Shown here: positions 58,874 to 64,000 of the stretch, piece by piece
Numbering within the stretch: position 1 is the stretch's first letter
Layout of the letters: each line of letters opens with the position of its first letter
From: a virus
Lineage: Duplodnaviria > Caudoviricetes
DNA length: 64,000 nucleotides
Reading direction: 5' to 3' (one strand)
IMG/VR virus record: IMGVR_UViG_3300021255_002052
Span: 45,772 to 109,771 of that record
The notes under the pieces: generated by a model
Told to the model about the DNA's origin: nothing
What the model saw: only the letters and a program-made list of their open reading frames with translations
Database searches by the model: none
Program-made: the position numbers and the translations under genes

Positions 58874-59038
58874 TTATTTCTCCTTCGTAACAACAATCTC
58901 GTTTAGAATCCTTTTTGGTATGAACTCCCAACAGGGTTCCAATTCACCCTGACAATTCCAATACTCATGAAGGAAGTAATCGCATTCCCGACATGCATTA
59001 CAAACATCAGTTTCAGGATTCCAGCCTTTCTTACACAT
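58874..59038 (-). CDS. Small Cys-rich protein, 54 aa
   Basis: AAGGAG RBS; MCKKGWNPETDVCNACRECD.. Confidence 0.55.
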   Translation of the reverse strand: MCKKGWNPETDVCNACRECDYFLHEYWNCQGELEPCWEFIPKRILNEIVVTKEK

Positions 59039-59055
59039 TAAAGAATCTCCTTTTA

Positions 59056-59259
59056 TTATTTTCTCCTATTCCAGAATCCGATTGCTTCTTCTTCTGTAAA
59101 ATATTCTCTACCATAGTAGCAGTCGGCTGCGATTCGCATAGTTGCGGGGCAAGAATTACATGATATGCTCCAATCAAAATAATGGCAGTTTCCATCTACG
59201 TAACTAATCTTTTCAATTTTAGGGTCTCCACCACAAAAAGGACAAATTTTAAGATTCAT
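59056..59259 (-). CDS. Lar-family (restriction alleviation-like) zinc-finger protein
   Basis: LKICPFCGG..ISCNSC..EEEAIGFWNRR. Confidence 0.7.
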   Translation of the reverse strand: MNLKICPFCGGDPKIEKISYVDGNCHYFDWSISCNSCPATMRIAADCYYGREYFTEEEAIGFWNRRK

Positions 59260-59271
59260 CAAACAACCCTT

Positions 59272-59445
59272 TCATTGTACTTTCAACCATCTACAACCTC
59301 GATGCACATTATCAAACATTAAATTACATTGACGTTCATCAAGGACACATATGTATTGAATGGCTGCTGCATCACTACTATATTGTGTCTTGCAAAACGG
59401 ACATCTGTTTTGTACTATTGGCAACGAATCAACAATAAATCTCAT
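59272..59445 (-). CDS. Small Cys-rich protein, 57 aa, paralogue of 62748-62933
   Basis: MRFIVDSLP..CPFC..YIC..CNL..CRWLKV. Confidence 0.6.
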   Translation of the reverse strand: MRFIVDSLPIVQNRCPFCKTQYSSDAAAIQYICVLDERQCNLMFDNVHRGCRWLKVQ

Positions 59446-59456
59446 TTATTTACCCC

Positions 59457-59729
59457 TCATTCTGCGTCAATAATTGTTTCCGCGCTATCAATTAAATTAT
59501 AAGTCGATAACCATTCACCAGCATGTTTTTCAAGATAATCAGCATCAACCAATCTGCCATGATGCTCAGGAAGTTCCACAAGAGGACACCATTCTGGTCT
59601 TCTTTCTTCGCAATCATCTTCGAGAAGTCTGTACTGAGAAAACGCTTGACAATTTATAAATGAAGTATCAGTAAGCCCACAATAATAGCAACTTATGGGC
59701 ATCTGCATATCTTTAACTAGCACACTCAT
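59457..59729 (-). CDS. Hypothetical phage protein
   Basis: MQMPISCYYC..RPEWCPLVELP..GRLVDAD, a common Firmicutes phage family. Confidence 0.65.
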   Translation of the reverse strand: MSVLVKDMQMPISCYYCGLTDTSFINCQAFSQYRLLEDDCEERRPEWCPLVELPEHHGRLVDADYLEKHAGEWLSTYNLIDSAETIIDAE

Positions 59730-60124
59730 CTGACAATCTCCATTAACTCTGTCATTACGAACCATGTTGCGATAATCTGGCAAACATGTGTTGTTTGATC
59801 CGTAACCAAACTTATATTATGAACATTAGCTTTTAAATGATCTACCCATCCGTGGATGATCCAGTTAATAATAAATGCTATACTCCAAGGAACTACCAAG
59901 ATATTATTGTTAATCACCATCAGCACAGTTATTGGCAGCATGATCATAAATGTCCAACTGAAAGCATGTTCAATCAACGCAACCTTGTAATCGTTTTTAT
60001 AAAGCGGATCTGGTGCATTTTTCTCCCACCAGGATTTCTGCTTCATACTGGCAAGTATTCCTTGAAGATAATAGTCATCAACGAGATGAAGAAATAACAT
60101 CGCGTATAATAAAATCGTTCTCAT
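59726..60124 (-). CDS. DUF3307-like membrane protein
   Basis: HLVDDYYLQ..MK..IHGWVDHLK..DQTTH with hydrophobic segments. Confidence 0.7.
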   Translation of the reverse strand: MRTILLYAMLFLHLVDDYYLQGILASMKQKSWWEKNAPDPLYKNDYKVALIEHAFSWTFMIMLPITVLMVINNNILVVPWSIAFIINWIIHGWVDHLKANVHNISLVTDQTTHVCQIIATWFVMTELMEIVR

Positions 60125-60138
60125 AAAACAATCCCTCA

Positions 60139-60309
60139 TTACTCTGTCCAGAAAATTATACTTTTATCATCCGGGTCTTCATGAATCATATTAGGTTCTA
60201 AGATTGCACGATGAGTAACGTCACCAAATTGCGTAATACCGTAACAGTCTAATCGATAGTCTGCTATTTCATGTTCTACGCAATAATTATAAAACTCTTT
60301 AACTGTCAT
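60139..60309 (-). CDS. Hypothetical early protein, 56 aa
   Basis: AAAGGA RBS; MTVKEFYNYCVEH..IIFWTE, TAA. Confidence 0.55.
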   Translation of the reverse strand: MTVKEFYNYCVEHEIADYRLDCYGITQFGDVTHRAILEPNMIHEDPDDKSIIFWTE

Positions 60310-60321
60310 AAAATAATCCTT

Positions 60322-60642
60322 TCAACATACCACGAACCCAACTGGGTAATAACTCTTAGATTCTATCTTTTCTTGTGGTTCATCATTGTATAAACCAAGC
60401 AGCAGCTTCATGTGGTGATCTCCACCGTAATAATTTTCATCCAGAACTGCCGATTCTTTAATAACTGACTTAATCCGATCATTCTTCTCGAATAGTTCAT
60501 CAATTGTATTGAACGGAGTAATGTTTCCAGGGATATTCGATATGCTGCCAACTGGTCTATAACAGTACTTAAAATTGCCATCCAGGCCGTTACACATTCC
60601 AAGACGATTTCTTGTATCACATGTCTCACAAATCTTGTTCAT
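60322..60642 (-). CDS. Hypothetical early protein
   Basis: 106 aa, Cys-rich N-terminus. Confidence 0.6.
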   Translation of the reverse strand: MNKICETCDTRNRLGMCNGLDGNFKYCYRPVGSISNIPGNITPFNTIDELFEKNDRIKSVIKESAVLDENYYGGDHHMKLLLGLYNDEPQEKIESKSYYPVGFVVC

Positions 60643-60654
60643 AAAATAATCCTT

Positions 60655-61119
60655 TCAATCGAATTCACTGGCTTTCAAACACATATCAGCCATTAATTTA
60701 AAATACTTCGCCATATCTTGCGTAGTCGCAAATTTAGTAACATTGTTTTCTTCGTCTGGGAGAGAATACTGTTCGAGCATGAAACATAGGGTTTTCAGAC
60801 AGGCATTTATATCTCTTAACTTTGACATGGCCTCTTCTGACTGATCCTGATATTTTATAAATGGTTGAAGCTTAGCATTTTTAATTGAAAGATTTGTATA
60901 ACCTTCTTTACATCCGCCACTTGCCATATCGTATCCTTCAATTTGAGTTAATGTATTTGCCGTTCCATCTGAATACCAAAGATCCGCTGCGACTAGTTTT
61001 TGTCCTTCATGACTAGTTGATTTCTGATTCACAGATTTGGTTTTACTTATATATCTACCATCTATATCAAATAATTCACCCATTAAATCATTATAGCAAT
61101 CGCAATTACATGCTCCCAA
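60655..61119 (-). CDS. Hypothetical early protein
   Basis: AAGGAGG RBS, TTG start. Confidence 0.6.
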   Translation of the reverse strand: MGACNCDCYNDLMGELFDIDGRYISKTKSVNQKSTSHEGQKLVAADLWYSDGTANTLTQIEGYDMASGGCKEGYTNLSIKNAKLQPFIKYQDQSEEAMSKLRDINACLKTLCFMLEQYSLPDEENNVTKFATTQDMAKYFKLMADMCLKASEFD

Positions 61120-61121
61120 AA

Positions 61122-61316
61122 TTAATTACCTCCTTTATACAAATTTTCAAATATTCTTTCCCAGTCTTTTTCTGAAAGTTTTCTACCGGAATCTAAAAAT
61201 TCTTTCATCCTATTATTCATTATTTTTAATGCCAAAGCGATTTCTTCAACTGAAACTAAATATTCCTCCGATACTTGATTTAAAGCATCAATTATTTTTT
61301 CTTTATTACCATCCAT
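61122..61316 (-). CDS. Hypothetical early protein
   Basis: 64-aa ORF. Confidence 0.55.
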   Translation of the reverse strand: MDGNKEKIIDALNQVSEEYLVSVEEIALALKIMNNRMKEFLDSGRKLSEKDWERIFENLYKGGN

Positions 61317-61325
61317 ATCAAAAAC

Positions 61326-61487
61326 TCATTTCATTTTGTTTTTTTCAAAAATTATAAATTTCTCTCTACTACTGCCCAGGTCAAATCTGCGTACCAAAAC
61401 ATCTTGATTTTCAAGGAGTTTAAGAACCCAATTTGTGTCTGATAGCGAAGAAGTAATGATTTCGCACATTTTTCTCAATTCATCCAT
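61326..61487 (-). CDS. Hypothetical early protein, 53 aa
   Basis: GAGGT RBS; MDELRKMCEII.. Confidence 0.5.
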   Translation of the reverse strand: MDELRKMCEIITSSLSDTNWVLKLLENQDVLVRRFDLGSSREKFIIFEKNKMK

Positions 61488-61510
61488 TTTTACCTCAAAT
61501 AAAGTATTGT

Positions 61511-61774
61511 TTATCTCAGTTCAACTTCACCGTATTTCATACTTGGATCACTAAAAACTTTTGTCCCCTCGTATGTACCAACCCTACCTGTGCAATTATT
61601 ACATGTACTTTTTGAAACATAAATTCCAATATCATCGAATTTAGGCATATCTGCCAATGTATCTGGAGACATTAGAATTATAGGGCTATAATCATGAGTA
61701 TTATTCCAAGCAGTAATTTTTCTATCTAAAATTTCTATATCAATATGTCGTGCAATACTAAAAATATTTGGCAT
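61511..61774 (-). CDS. Hypothetical early protein
   Basis: GAGGA RBS; ends MKYGEVELR. Confidence 0.65.
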   Translation of the reverse strand: MPNIFSIARHIDIEILDRKITAWNNTHDYSPIILMSPDTLADMPKFDDIGIYVSKSTCNNCTGRVGTYEGTKVFSDPSMKYGEVELR

Positions 61775-61804
61775 TTCTATATCCTCACATAAAACAATCC
61801 TTCA

Positions 61805-62044
61805 TTACCAATTGTATTCTACGGATGCCTGTTTTATCCTCAGATCATTATACAAAGCACAGTTTTTAGGTGGATGTGCTAAGAATAAATGAGCAGCCAT
61901 TTGGGAATCGAATTTTGCAGCCTCCTCAATATTATCAGTAAAATCCCAATCATTCGTGCAGAACATTGTTTTTGTCACTTCCTCTACTTCACCAGTAGAT
62001 ACACAATCAGAAATTAAAATATAAAATTTTCTAAAAATCTTCAT
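61805..62044 (-). CDS. Hypothetical early protein
   Basis: Track ORF; FTDNIEEAAKF motif. Confidence 0.6.
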   Translation of the reverse strand: MKIFRKFYILISDCVSTGEVEEVTKTMFCTNDWDFTDNIEEAAKFDSQMAAHLFLAHPPKNCALYNDLRIKQASVEYNW

Positions 62045-62056
62045 CAAATGATCCTT

Positions 62057-62317
62057 TCATATATACCACTTCTGTGTATTTTCCAACCAAACTCTCTCCG
62101 TGTAATCTCTCAGATTGGCCACAGTAAGAAATCTCTGAATATGATTTTCAAAGTAATTAATTCCAGCTTCTTCAGAATCAAACTCCTCTTCTGATTCCCA
62201 GAAAAAATGTCTTTCATTTGTTACAAAAAATGAATTTGTATCTGGACAAAACGCTATAATCCATGTTGGATATTTTGTATCAAATGGCTCTTCTATTTTT
62301 ATACGATCAACGCACAT
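62057..62317 (-). CDS. Hypothetical early protein
   Basis: Track ORF. Confidence 0.6.
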   Translation of the reverse strand: MCVDRIKIEEPFDTKYPTWIIAFCPDTNSFFVTNERHFFWESEEEFDSEEAGINYFENHIQRFLTVANLRDYTERVWLENTQKWYI

Positions 62318-62329
62318 CAAATAACCCTT

Positions 62330-62521
62330 TCATTTATTAGCTAATGGACATCCAAAACAAGAAATACATTTAGAAAGCTGATCTATACGCCAGTCCTCAT
62401 ATGCTGCCTTATCGTTCAATTTTACATCTCCGTCATTCACATTTACGCAACATTCTTCTGCGATGTCGGCATCTTCTTTTGTGTCAAAGATTTTTCCCGA
62501 AAATAATCCAATGTATTTCAT
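62330..62521 (-). CDS. Small Cys-containing protein
   Basis: MKYIGLFSGKI..CISCFGCP. Confidence 0.55.
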   Translation of the reverse strand: MKYIGLFSGKIFDTKEDADIAEECCVNVNDGDVKLNDKAAYEDWRIDQLSKCISCFGCPLANK

Positions 62522-62532
62522 ATGGCCCCATT

Positions 62533-62736
62533 TCATTGATAATTAGGATCAATCAGTTGAACAGGATACTCTGATAATTTTCTTCCGCCATGGTACAAAC
62601 TAAATGTAACCTCTCCGCCTTCAGAAATCGCTTCAATAATTTCCCGCCGTAACCATTCCGGTTTAATCGAAGTTACAACCATTTTATTATCTAATATATA
62701 TCGCCCTATATGATTTCCGTGAGATTCTTCGTTCAT
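62533..62736 (-). CDS. Hypothetical early protein
   Basis: AAAGGA RBS before MNEESH. Confidence 0.5.
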   Translation of the reverse strand: MNEESHGNHIGRYILDNKMVVTSIKPEWLRREIIEAISEGGEVTFSLYHGGRKLSEYPVQLIDPNYQ

Positions 62737-62747
62737 TATTATTCCTT

Positions 62748-62933
62748 TCATCGTACTTTTAACCATCGACATGACGTACATGTAATTGGATGATCTTCAT
62801 CTAAATTGCAGGTTTTACCGTCTTTTTTACAGATATATCTACCTGTCTTTTCAATAAATGGCGGATATGGTTCCCACTCTGAATGATCGCAATCTTTTTT
62901 GGTTTTGGGCAACCTGTCAACTATGTATTTCAT
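62748..62933 (-). CDS. Small Cys-rich protein, paralogue of 59272-59445
   Basis: MKYIVDRLP..C..YIC..CNL..CRWLKV. Confidence 0.6.
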   Translation of the reverse strand: MKYIVDRLPKTKKDCDHSEWEPYPPFIEKTGRYICKKDGKTCNLDEDHPITCTSCRWLKVR

Positions 62934-62959
62934 ACAACACTCTCCTATTAACCCTCTCA

Positions 62960-63157
62960 TCAAAACAAATACGGTTCTTCTTCCATCATCTCTCGTTGCA
63001 TGAAGTCATTCATTTCTTGCTCATACCGTTCTCTGGCGGCAGCTTCTTGGAGTTCATCCCACGCTTCTTGCTCAGTAAGTTCTCCACGCTGAACTGCTCC
63101 GTCAAGTCTATTTTCAAGATCGTCAAGAGTTGTATATCCAGTACCACAGTAAATCAT
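62960..63157 (-). CDS. Hypothetical acidic protein
   Basis: AAGGAG RBS, ATGA overlap. Confidence 0.6.
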   Translation of the reverse strand: MIYCGTGYTTLDDLENRLDGAVQRGELTEQEAWDELQEAAARERYEQEMNDFMQREMMEEEPYLF

Positions 63158-63369
63158 TTTTTATTCTCCTTATCATGCAATCTTTTTCTAAATCTTTCTA
63201 TACTTAACGCCATTTCTGTAAATTTAAGCAACGAAACAAGATGATACACATGGCTTTGGTATGTCTCGTCATCACTAAAATTTTCTAGATAATGGATAGA
63301 ATCTACCGCGGTTGATACCAGTTCTCTGCGCAATGTTTCAGTTAAATTAATCGGTTCTGTTAGTGACAT
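63154..63369 (-). CDS. Hypothetical early protein
   Basis: GAGGT RBS. Confidence 0.55.
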   Translation of the reverse strand: MSLTEPINLTETLRRELVSTAVDSIHYLENFSDDETYQSHVYHLVSLLKFTEMALSIERFRKRLHDKENKK

Positions 63370-63373
63370 GTTT

Positions 63374-63619
63374 TTAAACCTCAGTTATATCTCCTATTAA
63401 TAAAAGACATTTTGCCATTTCATATATTTCATATATCTTTGGTCTTTCGTAGCTTTGCCAAGGGTAAATATAAATCTTACCTGTACTCCACATTTTTCTT
63501 AGTATTTCTTTCTGGTACGCAAAAAGCTTAATCCCAAAGTAATCTTCGAGAAATTCTATCGGGTCAATATCCTGTATACTTGTTCCATCCTTCAATTCTA
63601 CGATTTCTTCTTGGCTCAT
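63374..63619 (-). CDS. Hypothetical protein (P..F.EDYFGIKL..YQK motif)
   Basis: Resembles short phage proteins similar to the terminase N-terminus. Confidence 0.55.
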   Translation of the reverse strand: MSQEEIVELKDGTSIQDIDPIEFLEDYFGIKLFAYQKEILRKMWSTGKIYIYPWQSYERPKIYEIYEMAKCLLLIGDITEV

Positions 63620-63961
63620 TTAGTTCTTCTCCCAATCCTCCGGATTATACTGCTCGATTAGCCATACCTGGAAAGCCACTATCCTGGTTCTTCCGGCCGA
63701 CCGCCATTCTCCGTCGGGAAAATACCATCTTTCCCACGCCCAGATCGACGGATTTTCTTCTATAACGTGATCGCCAGATATACACCCTTTCGCCATGTTA
63801 CCGTGATTAGAAGAGGCGGATTCGGCCCAGCGATTGAAAGCGTAATATATCTTATCAGAGAAAGATCCTTGTCTAGTCTGGTACGGCTCGTTGTGTGGGA
63901 ATATGAAGTATGCTAAATCCCGCTCCGTCAGGTGTTTCATGATATATTCAAAATTAGTCAT
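63620..63961 (-). CDS. Hypothetical early protein
   Basis: 113 aa, MTNFEYI..WL pattern. Confidence 0.6.
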   Translation of the reverse strand: MTNFEYIMKHLTERDLAYFIFPHNEPYQTRQGSFSDKIYYAFNRWAESASSNHGNMAKGCISGDHVIEENPSIWAWERWYFPDGEWRSAGRTRIVAFQVWLIEQYNPEDWEKN

Positions 63962-64000
63962 ACTACGAGCCTTATCCAGCAGTATTCGCCCATATGATCC

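Larger units (their letters stand above)
55002..62332. repeat. Dispersed 16-bp quasi-palindromic gene-boundary elements (TRAAA-N6-TTTNA)
   Basis: 12 clear copies starting at 55002, 55304, 55919, 56424, 56936, 59259, 60309, 60642, 61318, 61499, 62044, 62317, plus degenerate ones at 56730, 58090, 60124, 61790. All were found at gene junctions. Confidence 0.8.

Noticed and set aside
55002-62332. Classical integron attC sites or CRISPR-like array
   Set aside because: The sites are only 16 bp with no GTTRRRY/RYYYAAC boxes or long hairpins, and the integrase looks like a standard phage Int with attP. Kept as a distinct hypothesis in the findings.
1-64000. Suppressor tRNA (anticodon CTA), release factor or aminoacyl-tRNA synthetase
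   Set aside because: No cloverleaf or such gene was recognised and the intergenic gaps are mostly too short. If present they lie outside this window.

Overview
This window is part of a large temperate siphophage, probably infecting a Bacillota (Clostridia-like) host. It is in excised or virion configuration, with attP intact between the lysis module and the integrase. The + strand (1-52034) is the late operon. It looks shredded in the ORF track only because TAG is used as a sense codon, most likely Gln (genetic code 15). Read that way it encodes a DUF1064 nuclease, a single 7494-aa tape measure protein (2102-24586), Dit/Tal, several long tail fibre and lectin proteins, three HxH-rich paralogues, two lysins and an IscS-type cysteine desulfurase. 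The - strand (52459-64000) carries integrase, excisionase and about 30 short, AT-rich early genes. These have no internal TAG and two of them end at TAG, so the genome appears to run on two codes. Best leads: (1) the xis TAG stop is also the -35 box of the int promoter and precedes a terminator, and readthrough would cross it into int, a possible code-dependent switch; (2) the early genes are separated by a recurrent 16-bp quasi-palindrome (TRAAA-N6-TTTNA), like an integron-style cassette array; (3) the very large tape measure protein; (4) two late-operon hairpins with unrelated stems and an identical 8-nt loop. Family assignments come from motif recognition by eye; no searches were run.
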